From: Phoronis australis
Lineage: Eukaryota > Animalia > Phoronida
Direction of reading: 5' to 3'
Assembly: GCA_002633005.1 (NCBI GenBank)
Contig: NMRA01000003.1
Span: 1,726,503-1,790,502, forward strand
DNA length: 64,000 nucleotides
The translations under genes were made by a program, and so were the position numbers. Of this stretch, positions 49,101-62,591 are shown piece after piece. The stretch's first letter is position 1. Each line of letters opens with the position of its first letter. The notes beneath the pieces were generated by a model. That model worked only from the letters and a program-made list of their open reading frames with translations, was not told the origin of the DNA and searched no databases.

Positions 49101-52100
49101 TCACGTGTCCCCCTGTTGATTGCAATGAAGAACTCCCCTAGTCGAAACTCATTTCAACTTTGCGTTTGCCCCTCCCGTGTATTGCAGTGTCCCAGACTGA
49201 CTCTCATTTCAACAGAAAGAGAATAAGATGTGCCCAACGGATGAACAGCATCATGCATGGGGTAAAAAACGTGGAAGTTAAATAAAATATAAATTGAATC
49301 AGTGCAATTGCTACCCAATTCTGGATGGCATAAGGAAGTGAACGCGGACATCTTTTGTACGAGATGTAACCTTACCCCCATGCAATGTATGGTTCAGCGA
49401 TTCTTAACATGTTGATGGTGGCTTTGTTGAGTCTGACGAACACTCCATTGTTGATCTGGCGTAAACGGAACAGTTGTAACACCTTCCTTGGCTTGGGATG
49501 AAGGCCATTGACACTGAAAAATAATTATCTGACATAAAACAAATGCCCCTACAATTCAAATGTACGTTATAACTTGCGCAAGTCTGACATACCTAAGCCA
49601 GAATTATTTGTAACCCGTGGTATGGTAAGTCTAGTTCATGCACATGGCGTTTCAGACAACGCTAAGAAAACGCCGAAATTGCAACTAGCGAACAGAGTCA
49701 AATCAGGTTGACAATTTAAAGCTGAAGTCACTAAAAATTTTGTGTAACGTCCAAAAAGACACTACTTCAGGCAGCATGATGCTATTCGGACATCAAAACA
49801 AACCACGACTAACTGAATTTGACACATTTTGGCATTTAGCCATTTAGATGCCTTTTTCTTGGATTTTCTTAGAAATGATTAGAATATGGCAATAAATATT
49901 TTGTTTGAATCATTTCCTGACTACATGTCACTCTTTCCACTTCAAGACTTTTATGAAAAAAATGTGTAAAATTGCACGACATGAAAAAGAAAAGGATTAT
50001 TTAAAAAACATTAACAGCACTTTTGAGATTTCATCTTGAAATCAAATGAAATGTGCACGTTATTGAAGCTATGGTTGAACATTTGCTAAATTTTACTAAA
50101 GCCAGTCGCACAAATCCATCAACGGCACAATGGCTCGGTCAAAAATCACATGATAGATTTGCACACATTTAATTGAATGCAGAGACTTTTTAAAGAGGTC
50201 CAACATTACCTTAAAACACAATCATCAAAATACTCAATGCTGGTGGCCATGATGAGTTTACTCGTACCAGAAGCCACAAGCATATCTACTCATTAAGACC
50301 GCATTGACAAGTTTGTACATGTAGCCAAATTTCTATAATACTATAGAATTTATCTCAGGAAAAGTACATATTTTCTGAAAGTAGAAATTCCGTAGAATTT
50401 GATTTTTGACAGATACCAAACATAAGTTGCCAATTATTATGCCACGTGACCTTGTTTTTAAAGGAAAAGGTACATTTAGAGAAAAACAACAGGATAAGTA
50501 ACACGTTCAAGATAGAATCTGAAAAATGGTGTTACAATTTTCTAAATTATGGTTTTGTTTTACGCAATTTTAATTTTTCACAAAAACATACTATTTTTAA
50601 TAGCCCCTCGTGCAAAAGTGAAATGTTTCAAAAACAATTCGTAATTGCATTTTGGAAAAGAATGCATATAAACTTATAAAACATAGTGTCTCAAGGTTTC
50701 ATTTCTGATATGATGTTCCAAAATGGAACATTTTACTAGGTTCCTACCAAACCTTAACATTCTTCATTGTGTTACGTGATGATTAACATCACATTGGCCA
50801 GTAATAATAAACGAGTTCTCACCCTTACCAAGTTCGGATCAGATAGCCGCCACCAGATTTCAAAAAAGAGGCTGCAAAAGTGCCTAAGTGTGTATAGACA
50901 AGTTCTAAATTGTTAAGAAATTTGTCGGAAAGCACCAAGTGGTGGAAATTTGAAACTGGAAAGTCGCATTTGGTGAGTGAGGTTCCAGGCAAATCCTATC
51001 TGCAATCTGAGGGTACATTTGTGCTTACCATATCTGACCCTCGCTCTAGTTGGACCCGATTTATGGAGCTCCACTTTTAAGTCCAAAAATTCGTGCTAAC
51101 TTAAACATGATCTACCTCCATCACAGGTTCATCAGACAACAAGCAAACACTGACCTTTGCTTATTGAGAATTGCTCGGGTGAGAAAGCCAACACTTAGAA
51201 ACTTTTGAGGTCAACAACCATTACATTGGGTACCTACCCCCTGATACGAATAACAAAGGCAAACTTGGGCTCCGCTGGAACGTAGAAGTTGCCTGCCTTG
51301 CGAGCCTGTCGTGCCAACCGGATCTCATCCCGCTCCTTAACACGGTACTCCTTCACGTACTTCTCAGCACGGCTAAAAGCAAGCTTCCTCCTGTCCTTTT
51401 GCCTCTGTAATATCACATGATAAATTACTATTCGACTAAAATTGCCGAGCACCAATTTCACACGCACACATTTCATCCAAGCTCAGATATAACAGTGGGT
51501 TGGCAAGGCAAAACTAAAAATGTATGGCACATCAATAAAGTAAAGATTTGCTCCAAATCTCTACTCTGATAACATGTAACATTTTCTGTGGCACACGTGA
51601 ACCCTCTAATAAATGCATTAGAAAAGGGGTGTAGATGTGTGCAGTTTATGGATCTCACAGTGCACAGGCAAATCAGCAAATGCAAAACACTGATCAAGAG
51701 ATGAAGATGCACATTACACTACATTTATGGAGCCTCAGTGTATAGCAGAAAAATCGATGCTGAACATTCAAATGTTCATTTTGCAGTTTATTGACTTCGC
51801 ACTGTAGTGACCAAACAAGACCTTTGAAAAGTTAGTGTTGGCTCATATAATACATCCTAAAGACCATGCTTTGGATCATACCTGATGCACCGGGATTACC
51901 CAACTGCAATAACACTAGTGTTTCTGTAGAACAGAAATGTCTCTCAAGACATCGCCATGCATTTTCCATGAGAGTACGTGATTTTGGCTAAATTTTTCGA
52001 AGCGAGACATTTATTGAGCTCGACCCTGGCCTTAAGCCAAATTGAAATGTCAGTTCTTTCAAAGCTCAGAAACCACCTAAAACTTCACCCGTTACAAATT

Positions 52101-54185
52101 GCCTGCCATTTACCAGTGCCTCAACTCAAGTGACAGCCATGCAGTGTTTGACAACCACCAAACACTGCCCACGGCATAGCCATAGCCATAGCCATACATA
52201 GGTGGCCACGTGACACGGAGATCCCCAAGCAATGGTGCTCCGGCACTGCTGGGATATAGCCGTCCCTTATTTTGAAAACCAGGCAGTCACTAAACAACGG
52301 GCACATTACTTAGTGAATGAAAAGGTAATTGTTTACAATATGACGACATTGACTTACACACAATTTTGGTATCGTTCGATTCCTTGCAAAGTTATCTTTC
52401 CAAAAATACACAAAAATTTTTCCTATCCCGTTCCCTTAGTATTTTATCATGAAATATCTTCTCGCATTATTTCCTGGCATACGGTAGTAATACCACCATG
52501 TTGAATGGAGGGTGCCCCTGGTGGTCAAAAACTGGACTAATCTACCGACTTCTGCAGAAGGTCGCTTTTCATAAGTTCAAACTGACAGAGACCCGTCTAT
52601 CCCCTGCCCGAGTTACGGTACCAAGCGATCGAATTCGATCCTATGGCGACCCCGATACGCATCTGCTAGCAAGAATCCGGGAAAAAAGCAAAGGTTGTTT
52701 TTGAGGTCCAAATTGGTGAAAAGGGTATCACTTCAGACAATTTCGTGGAAAAATGGTCACAATTTTAAGTAATTGGAAAAGGTGAAATGCTGCTACTTGT
52801 TCCTCCATATTATGTCAGGAAAACTTTAGCGGGAACTGAATCTTGCACGGACAAACACCATTCAGAATCGATGATGCTGTTTCATTCATTAACAACAGGT
52901 GTCGGAGTAATCTTGAGTTGAGCTAACATGGCGGTGTCAACCGGGAAATAGTGCGAGCCGAAAATCGACGATAAAAAAGGAAAAAGGGCAATAGGGGCAG
53001 GCCTTTATGCAGCGTAGGTCCTGGGCGTCCAAATGGATGCCTTAGCACCAATCTGGACACCATGGCAATGACACCCAATGTATCATTTGGATGCACACTG
53101 TCAATAAGAACCTTTCAAGTTTGGACTCACACACTGTAATGAATAATAGGAAGCCTCTGAAGGCTCACAGTGGGGGGGCTCTTTTTTCAAAGCAGGAAGA
53201 AATATACAATGTATATACAAAGTATATACAATGTTGCTATGCTCACTCTTGGTTGATAGCAGTGTAAGTCTAGGTCTACAGTGATTTTTTAGTAAAAATG
53301 CTCACTACAGAATGCTGTTTTGTAAACTTAGATGTAAAAACCGGTTGGTCTACGCATATTTTTGTAAAAGAATCTGTGTGTTTGGGGGATTGCTGGGAGT
53401 GGGGGGTTACGCGTCGGAATCATGGATGTCTTGGAATAATAGGAACCCAATTTGGACACCCTATTTTCGAAATCCTGGATAAAGGCCTGGGTAGGGGATA
53501 CATTCATATATTTTTGAAAAGTTAACGTTGTGAGGAATCGAACGATACCAAAGTCATGTGTGTAGGTCAATGTCGTCATATTGTAAACAATTACCAATGG
53601 AACTGGTTCTCTAAACCAGGGACCACTATATCCGACCAGTGGCAGTGCCTCCGACCAGTGCCTGGAGCCCAAAAGAATCCAAGATGGGCCCAAAAGTTAG
53701 GTTCCCAAACATAACCAGACTGCTAACAAGTAAAATCTATACTTCAATGCAACAGATCGTCAAATATTAATCGAATTACCTTCTTGTTGAGAAGGTTGGC
53801 TTGGGCCCGTTTGGCCCTCATTTCAGCATTCTGTTTCCTCCTTTTCAGGAGGGTCTCTGGGACCTGCGGAAGCTTTTTCTGGCTGAAAAAACACATTCAA
53901 CAAAGACAATGCAGAGCAGTCTAAACAGTACGTATTTTTCGATCAACAACAAACTGAAGTTTTCGGTAATACATTAAAATCAACATTGCCAGTGGTCAGT
54001 CCTCTTAAAATTCGGCAATGATTTTCTGAACGTATCTCGCTATACAGAAAACATAAAACGTCACAGTTACAATGATGAAAAGTCGCTTTAGATATCAATT
54101 AAAACAAATAGAAAATATAACACCAAAATCGAGATGCAAAGCGATTTATATAGAGAGATAGAAAACATCATTACGCGTCCGCCAT
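46162..54185 (-). CDS. RPL7: 60S ribosomal protein L7 (uL30), 245 aa, 6 coding exons
   Basis: Exons 54185-54175, 53882-53780, 51404-51238, 49513-49376, 46947-46838 and 46370-46162 total 738 nt in frame. Motifs: [105 protein letters not shown]. Confidence 0.98.
47581..48588. mobile_element. Non-autonomous TIR element spanning an N gap (47891-48154)
   Basis: TIRs (C)AGGGCTTGGAAT / ATTCCAAGCCCT(G). The flanking direct repeat is GTAGCTTC (8 bp), or TAGCTT (6 bp) if the termini are CAG/CTG. Subterminal TTTCCGCG repeats are present. Confidence 0.8.
52324..53595. mobile_element. Merlin-like non-autonomous TIR element inserted in a fold-back MITE
   Basis: ~60-bp TIRs start GGTAATTGTTTACAATATGACGACATTGAC, with an imperfect 8-bp TSD AATGAAAA / AATGGAAC. 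GGTAA ends with an 8-bp TSD fit Merlin. Confidence 0.7.
52998..53489. mobile_element. hAT-like MITE (family of 8090-8810, inverted) nested in the Merlin-like element
   Basis: TIRs CAGGCCTTTAT / ATAAAGGCCTG, TSD AATAGGGG / GGTAGGGG (6/8 match), shared GGGCGTCCAAATGG and GGACACCCTAT motifs. Confidence 0.75.
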
Positions 54186-54387
54186 GATGGTTATAGAAAA
54201 GGACGATAATCCGGGATCTTTATCCGTCGACAGGAGAGACATCAGCGGTAGGAAACGATAACTAATTCAATATGAATATGGTGAGTGTTGTTCTTGTCAT
54301 TTGACCGCTTTCAAAGCGTTCTGATTGCCTTGCTTGAAACTACCGTGACTTGCTCTGATAACTATTCGTTGACTTTAGGAGAACGCT
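54186..54387. promoter_or_regulatory. Putative bidirectional promoter of RPL7 and the SDR gene, with TCT/5'TOP initiator for RPL7
   Basis: ATGs are 203 bp apart. A minus-strand pyrimidine tract TCCTTTTCT at 54203-54195 lies just upstream of the RPL7 ATG, as is typical of ribosomal protein genes. Confidence 0.7.
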
Positions 54388-57300
54388 ATGATCTTCGTTG
54401 TCGAATTAATTTTGTTTCTTTATGATGTTTTTGTCTCCATCTTGGTTTCGTGGTTTCGCTGTTTTATTCCGCCTGTTCAGAAGGAGGTTTCAGGCGAGCG
54501 AGTACTCATTACTGGAGGCGCGCAAGGTTTAGGCCGATTGTTGGCATTGGAGTTCTGTAAGAAAGGCGCACGTGTTGCAATATGGGACAAAAATGTAGTC
54601 GCCAGTGAGGAAACAGTACGATTAGGAAAAGAACTTGGAGGAACCATTTGCTATTATTATTGTGAATTGAGGTGATCAAAATTTTATTCAAATATTTTAT
54701 TTTTTATTTGAAAGCTGCTGGTGTTCGCTCCTTAACTCTAAAAATATCTTGATTTTTCATATAGCCTGTCAGGATTTAATTTATTTTTGCCCAAAGTCCT
54801 TTCAATGTTTTTCATAAAATGAAAAGTGTTTGACTTCATTACTTGGTGACTTTTACCAAGTATGTCACTCTGTCGTAAAATTTTAATTTTTATTTTTATT
54901 GTCATAAAATTTTAATTTTTACTTTTCTTTTTTTTGTTTCTTTGAGTGTGCTAGTTGCGGGGCACATTTCTTATCCAATCAACATGAAATTTTCACACAA
55001 TGTCCGGTGAAGCCTATTGTTTTTAGTTGAAATTTGGCTCAAAGTGGCACTGTGGCGGCCATGTATTCTTCATCATTGTCATCACCATTGTCATTGGCAT
55101 CACTGTTATCATCATCATCATCATCATCATACATCACAAACGGCAACAATGATCATCCTATTGCATTCAATTTCACCAATTTTTACTGTGTCGGGTTGAG
55201 ATATTTCTCAGTTTCTTTTATTTTTATCATCTTCTTCTCATTCATGTTTTTACACGATTTCGCCATTATGCTTGAAAATGAGGCTTTGCGTCCAAACCAC
55301 AAATGGTACTGTTTGTTTAGAACACCCACGAATTCACGTTTGTGTTGTTAAAAGTGATACTGAAATGAAGCACTTATTGTGCCCTTAACGGTGCACAACA
55401 ATCATGTTGACGATAGTCGGATATAGTGTCTGTATTTTGAGAACCAGTTTGATGCCTGTTATTCAGTGGAGAAAACTGGTTCTCAAACAAAATTTGGCTC
55501 ATTATGTCTGACCATTACCATCATTTTTTGCAGCACCAGTGTACAAGTTGTGAATTACCATGAGTTTTGCCAACAAAGCATCAATCTCTAGAGTGCTTTT
55601 ATGACCCTTGTTTGTATTTTTTACAGTAACAAAGAAAATATTTATAAGGCGGCAGGACAAGTAAAAGAAGATTTTGGAGGCATAGACATCCTGATTAACA
55701 ATGCAGGCACTGTGTCTGGACATAACTTTATGGACTCCTCAGATGAAGAATTGGAAACCACCAATCAAGTGAACTTCATGGCTCAGCTATGGGTGTGTAC
55801 CGTCTGTCTTTCACAAAATTGATAGTTTTTCTTGATGAATAACAGACTGGTATCCAGTCTATAAACATGTTTTCAGTTGCATACATCATTAGAGTAATTG
55901 GCTTGGTCTTGCGTCACCTGCTTGAGTGCATGGTAGGCTATTGTAGCTATATATTCAAAACAGAATTTACAATCTTAACCTTGACTTTTTGTGATATTAA
56001 ACATGACATTTCATTGGGTTTTCTACTAACTGTCAATGGCTGATGTCAGTGACTGTCTAAAAAAGTTGTAAACAACACTGTACCAGTCATTAAGTCTGTG
56101 TATCATCATAGTAAGGAGAGTGTCAAAAAAACAACATACTTCGTTGTGGTCTGTTTTAATTTTTTTTTTTTTGAAAATTGACTCTGTGGTGCTGTATTTT
56201 TCAGTTGGTCGCTTATCCATAAAAAAGCCATCTAAGATGAGCAAAAGTGATGTGGGGTTATTACTTGGTGAAAGAAATTTCATTTTTTACTCACGGCATT
56301 TTTTCACTCTTATATTTGGCTTTCCAAGTTTCTCCCCTTGCTATCACTGTCAAACTGATGACGGCACAGCTGTAACCCAAGTTCCCGATCACCGAAATCG
56401 GGAAACTCTCCCCACACCGCAGGGGCGCAACGCTATTGAGAATCACCTTGCATTGTCAGCAAGGGAATTCCAATCAATTTGTGTATAACCTGTTTCGACT
56501 CACATAAAGGATAACACGAAAGTTGTTTTGAAACTGAAAATGTTTTATCACCCATACTTAGTTTAGAGCAAAAATTGTATAAAACTTGTCACAGATCACA
56601 TGATTCCTGAGTGCAAAATATGATGTTGGAGAATGACTAACTGTTACTATGGTAACGACTTGTTTGTAACGTAATTAATTGTGAGTGCTTTGTAGTTGTT
56701 TCAGCTTTGTTTTTCATTAATAATCTGTATAAATGAGGCAAAACCCTTTACAGTGTGCATTAATTTTAGAATTGTTGGAGTCAAAATGGAGGTGCCAGTG
56801 GGCAACTATGTTACTAAATTGTATTTGGCATTCCTGCAGTGGCACATGTGTTGATATATAGCTAGTTACCAGAGACATGTGTCTGCCTTCTTTAGTACAG
56901 ACTGTCCACATTTATACAAAACCAGATGGTACATACAATCACTGTAGCAGTGTTGATTTTAGGTTGGCCTTTTCTCCAATTACAGTCAGTCTGGCCAAGT
57001 ATGTCTTGAATGCTTCTTTGTGGTAGCAGTGATTCAACAGATGTGTATCTAGTGATATAAATTGTTAGGGACTAACTGGGTTCTTTGAGTATGGGCCATT
57101 TTGAAGTCATGCCAGTGGTGGGTAAACTTCTAGCTCTTTTTAATTTGACCTTTTGCCCTTTTGATATCTCTGAAACCTGACTAAGGCAGCATTTACAAAA
57201 GATTTCCACAAGTTGTTGGATGAAAAAACATTTCGATGTTGATTATTACCAGTCCGACAAAACTTTAAAACATCCACAATAATATAAGACATAAAAACAA

Positions 57301-60090
57301 CCATTATTATCAGGAAAAATTTGTTACCCAAAGAACTCAGTGTGATGTAAAAGCTGAATTTTAGTGTAAGTCCTCAAAGACGTAACAAATGAAAATTTTC
57401 GTCAGTTTATGTACCTTCTCGGCCTCAAACTACAAGTTCTGTAACCTGAGTTGGGTTAATGTCAAAAATATCTGTGTTTAGTCTGAAAACAACCCACAAA
57501 GAGATGTGTGTACTTGTATAGTTCTTCACACAATGGAATGAACAAAGTTAAAATGTTATGACTATGCGTATGGTACTTCATATGGTCTGCAAAAACGCAT
57601 ACCGGTAATTGGTCAATTCACTCTGACTGTCACGGTGAGTGATTCCTTGGCCGTTTTAGAATGATATCTGACACCTGTCCCCGGTTGCATGAAACAGTCC
57701 TATATAGGGACTTAACTATGTTCCCTAAATCTTTTGCATATTTGTTTCATTCTTTACTTAAAGATGTAGTATTTTTCTATCATTTTCTTTTTATTATGAG
57801 CTCCTCTTTGACTAATGAGATTGTCTAATAATATGACTAAAACTGAGCCCTTAATGTAGTCAAAATTTATAGGGACATAGTCCTTAAAGTAGGGACGTTG
57901 CATGAAAAGATCCCTTCTTATTTTTAATAGTAATGAGAATTCAACGTAGAGTTCACTCTCGATTTGTATCAAAGTCAAAAATTGACTTAGTGATGAGACT
58001 CAAATAGTATAAGGAAGGACAATCAGTGATTTCACAAGCTCATAAATACGCAGTAGATTTAGGGAGCTTAGTTGAGTCTATATTGGGACTCTTTCATGCA
58101 ACCAGCCACTGGTTCCCTCAGGCATTAAATTGACGCGCAAAATTTCATAGGAATCAGCCTATACATTACAGAGAAATCTATGCTGACCTGCAAAAGATTT
58201 AGAAAATTAAAAGAGGCCAGAAGATGGCCCGTATAGTTTTTCTGCATATCAAAATAAATTGAAGTCATCCCAAATAACTTATCCATTTCATATAAATTAT
58301 GTATTTAAAGACAATTAGCTAGTAGCACTAAGGTTATATACCGGTATTTGAATAAAAATTGCTATGAAGGTTGACAATCACACTAATACATGTCACATGG
58401 TAACCTGGCGTTCTCAATTCCTGCTTTTGGACCTTTGCCAATCAGAGCCTTCTCCATAACCTGTAGACTGAGGAAAGCCAGAGGGTTTTCATTACTTCCT
58501 TATCATGCTAAGCCATCTAATATCTTTTGTGAATTGGCAGGCTGAGTCTCATATCTCACCTCTGTGCATTACAATGACTCCACCACAGCATGGCAAAAAC
58601 CACATTGGCAGGGTCTGGGAGCAACTTTTTAGCATTAGCCAGCGTGATCTCCAAGGCTACCTGCTTAGTTTATCATGATAAGCATATCACCATTGGCTCT
58701 AATGCCCCAGTTTTTCAGAATCCTGGCTAGGTTGTACGCTTATTTCACTTACTGGGTATGTCCACTAGCCCCTGATATTAGGGAGGTAGTCAAACGTCTG
58801 GTCATTTTTCTATGATTGTTTTTGAATTATATGAAATACTCATTTGCACATTGGTCACAGTTTGAGAATCAGCAAATGGTGTTTATTTTTCTTCAGTTTC
58901 TTCATGAGTAATTAGAGAAGATCTAATTGATGAATTGGTGCCTTTTGTTTTTTGCTAAATTTTGCTGAAAATACATGGTCACATTACCAAATTAATGACG
59001 CATTGGTAAAAAGTTAAAAATCAAATTCTTCAGGCTTTCTTAAATAAAATATTTCACCTACGTTAAAATCTATTGTTTTGTAGATATTTTTGCTAAATAT
59101 TCACCCTAGTGAATAAGGTCCTACATAACCGCAAGGATATGTAGGATCTTAAATTGAAAAGTTGTGCGTATTTGGTCAAGTATCTACAAATTAAACTGTA
59201 AATTTCAACTCAGTAAAACTTTTACTAAAAGTATGTATTTTGTCAAAGAAGAAAGCGCATATATCAGCTTTTTCAAGTGGGACATCAATTAGATCACATA
59301 ACCATGCCTTCTTGTTCATTAGCAGCATTTTGCAAAGAGAAAGCTACAGTAACCAAATTAGTCATGTCATGTATGTATGTGTACATGGTTAACTGGTAAT
59401 GAGACCATGAATATTAATTATTTGTTAAGAGATTGATATGCTCACAAATTTGTTAAAAAAACTCAGCATTCATTTCTACGTTATGTTGCTTAGTATTTTT
59501 AAGCTCGGTATGTTGATTAGTAGATCTGTTATGTAAAAGATAACTTCTTATCTTTTTTGTGTGTGGCTGTATCAAACCTCTGTGTGACCTTGGATTTTTT
59601 AATTTTGGAGGGAGTAATGTTCACATAGCCCAAGAAATGTCATGCCAACAGTGTTTTGTCTTGGTTGTCTCTGTAGGTAGTCCAAGCCTCCTCTCCCTTC
59701 TAAATCCAACTATGAAAAATATTAATGAAAACCGCTGCTAATAATAATAATAATGATATTTAAGTTATTCATGGAGCTACAATACTTATTATTCATGCAC
59801 TCTTCATTTTTCAACATATTTCAAGTTTGTAATTATTCCTTATAGGCAACTCGCTGTTTCTTGCCGTCCATGCTGGAGAGTAACCATGGTCACATTGTGT
59901 GTGTCTCTAGCGCTCTGGGTCTGGGAGGCATCAGTGGCCTTGTGGACTATACTGCCAGCAAATTTGGCATCATCGGTTTTCTGGAGACCCTCAACTTGGA
60001 GATTGAATTCGGTGGTTATGATGGAGTAAAAACCACCATTGTGTGTCCTTACCACACTCGCACAAGCATGTTTGAAGGATGTCGTATCAG
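54388..60090 (+). CDS. Short-chain dehydrogenase/reductase, SDR16C family (RDHE2/RDH10/HSD17B11-like), first three exons; 3' part presumably beyond the window
   Basis: Exons 54388-54671, 55627-55792 and 59846-60090. N-terminal membrane anchor, VLITGGAQGLG (TGxxxGxG), DILINNAG, GHIVCVSS, catalytic YTASK and TTIVCPY..T.MF.G. Confidence 0.92.
54840..55140 (+). repeat. Eroded 5' end of a HINE-like element followed by a (TCA)n microsatellite
   Basis: TTACTTGGTGACTTTTACCAAGTATGT palindrome, AAGCCTATTGTTTTT core, then (TCA)n. Confidence 0.55.
57683..58103. mobile_element. MITE with ~35-bp imperfect TIRs (PIF/Harbinger-like)
   Basis: GGTTGCATGAAACAGTCCTATATAGGGACTTAACT / AGTTGAGTCTATATTGGGACTCTTTCATGCAACC. 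No clear TSD. Confidence 0.6.
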
Positions 60091-62591
60091 GTACCATACT
60101 TGTGTTTGTAGTTTTCTCAAAGATGCTAATAATTTTATTGTCTCATTAAAACTGCGCCAGATAAACTAAACATGTTTAATCCGCAGACGACAATACAACG
60201 AGACAGAACCCAGAGGGTTCCTACCAACCACAGTCGTACGAATACCAATACAATGGCACTGTGAATATTTAATTTGTAGCAAGCGCCACCTAGTGACTTC
60301 CTGGAGAACTGTGTGTACAAGTATAATCAGGGATTAAAAAACAATTCATACATAAATTACGGTTTTAAAGAGAACACCTATACCGATACACTTAAAAACA
60401 AGTGTGAACTTACAAAAGTCCTAGTAATTCCAAGTATTATGGAATACGGTCCTTATTTGACAGTGAAATCAACAAAAAATAAAAACTGTGCCTTGTTTCG
60501 TTAGGATAACGATATGTTACTCATTTACATAAAAATAGTCTTGCAAAACAAGACTTTCGCGAGATTGTAATGGTAACTCGGGTTCTCAGATGGTTTTTGG
60601 CATACTGAATGATCTAGAGTTGTTTGTAAATTAGTACTTCATGTGCATATTCACAATTTAATGACGCTATGCATCTTTAAACATCTTCTGGTGTTTCATA
60701 GCCAAGTTTTTTCCTGAGGCCAAAAAGAAGTGCTTTGAGTTACCAATTTCTGACTGGACAATGGTGTTATGCCTAATTGAATTACACATAGTAAACATCT
60801 AGAGTGTCAAATTTCTCCAGAAACCAGTTTTCAGTGGAGAATTTCTCACTTACACTGGTCACCACTGGGAGGGGGGGGGAGCAGACAACTTTTATTATGC
60901 CTATTCAGCACTTGCTCTTTGTATTGATGTAGATCTGAACTAATGAAGTGGAAAGGTAATTAGCTAGCATTACTGTCTCAACAATGGTGGTTGTTTATTA
61001 CACTCAACTTGGTTTTTGAATTTGCACAGGGTTACACCTTGCAACTGCAGAACTGTGGAGAGTAGTTTTAACTTGGTACATTTTAGATATAACAAAATGA
61101 CTAAAAACTTAATTTGTATTTATCTTGACTAAGGGCCACTTCCCAAAGGAAAGGTGATTTTAAATATGTTTCATACCAGTTTTTGTTATTTCATTTTTAA
61201 AACTCCTGTCAACTTGTTTGTTTTTTCTTACTATCTGGGAACGGGTTGATAACTTTTTATTTTATTTTTAAACTTAAAATACCAAAACAGTGGTAGATTT
61301 TGTTCGCCAGCGAAACTTAATTAGTTTAGCTAATTGTGAACCCATCCATGAGCTTTCCAGATTACAGCTACACTAAGCAGTTCACAGCAAACAAAACTAT
61401 AGGAATCGTTAGTTTAAGTTTAATCTTTATTAGAACTCAAACCATGAAATATATACAAAAGTGCAAATATGGTGAAAGCCAAACTGAAGATTTGGAATCT
61501 CTGGACAATTTCAGTTGCACTGGTTACATAACTATTTTAGCTTTTTGTCGATCATAAAAAATGAAGAGTGGCCAGGTTATAAGTTAAGTACAACTGATTC
61601 CCAGTCAAAAATCTGGTTAAACAGGATTGAAAGAATGTTAAAAGAATAATCCATGTGATACTCTTAACTCTCATCAGCCTTGTTTGTAAGTCCACTGAGT
61701 ATATCAATGCGCACAGTCGTATATTTTCAATCGTATCCAATGTTTGTAGTTTTTAGCTTATCAGTTCATCGATTTTTAAAAGAGAAGACCATACTTGGTT
61801 GTTTTTTTTCAGATGAATACCGCCGTGGTGTTCGTTTTTAATGAAAGTTATTGGTGTAATGCATTTTTAAAATTCGGCAGTATGCACAGGCAGAGATGTT
61901 TTCTACAGTTCATGGATGGGTAATTACACCGTATTGGGTGTTGCTTGCACCGGACAATGCGGTCATCACAACTGTGTCTGATTCTGGCACCAAACTCCCT
62001 TTGATCCCGGTAAAAGCCACTTAAAAGGAAGGACAAGCGGTGAAAATTCTCATGTCTTTAGGAATGCACGACTTGAACAAGCATATTATTCACGGTATGG
62101 ATTGGTTGTCATACAAGACCCCATGCTGTGCATTGATGGCTATTTTTCAGTTCTTTCACTTCGCACTCCTGTGATGCCTTTCTGGTGGATTTTTTCTGAA
62201 TCTGATGTGGTTGGATTTGTCATAGGCTATCTGTAATATATCATCTATTTCTCATGAGACTTAGTGTTTTTGAATTCAAGATTTTCAGTGGTGACTGTTC
62301 TTTTGTTGGCTGATCAATCCTGGTCTTCTTGTTGAATGACCTGTGCTGTAGGCCGCATTTTTGTCCAATTGATACGGGATTGGGGAACAAACAAGCATCT
62401 CGAATGTTTGCATACGGTGCTACTCATCAGGCAGCCTTTACTATTTTTCTTTTTTTGAAGCCATGGCTCAATCAGCCATCGCTGAAGGCTCAATCTTGGT
62501 ATGTGAATAGATCTCACTAAGGCCTGTATGCTATCTGTATCTGGGTCACCTGCTTATGTGGGTTTGTCAAGCATGGTTTGTGTGTTCTTTA

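Noticed and set aside
55017-55351. Poly-His / poly-Ser ORFs
   Set aside because: Translation of a (TCA)n microsatellite in a repeat remnant.
61813-61900. Strong-looking acceptor (TTTTTTTTCAG) as SDR exon 4
   Set aside because: Splicing from 60090 gives an immediate stop and lacks the expected C-terminal SDR16C sequence; the real exon is probably beyond the window.
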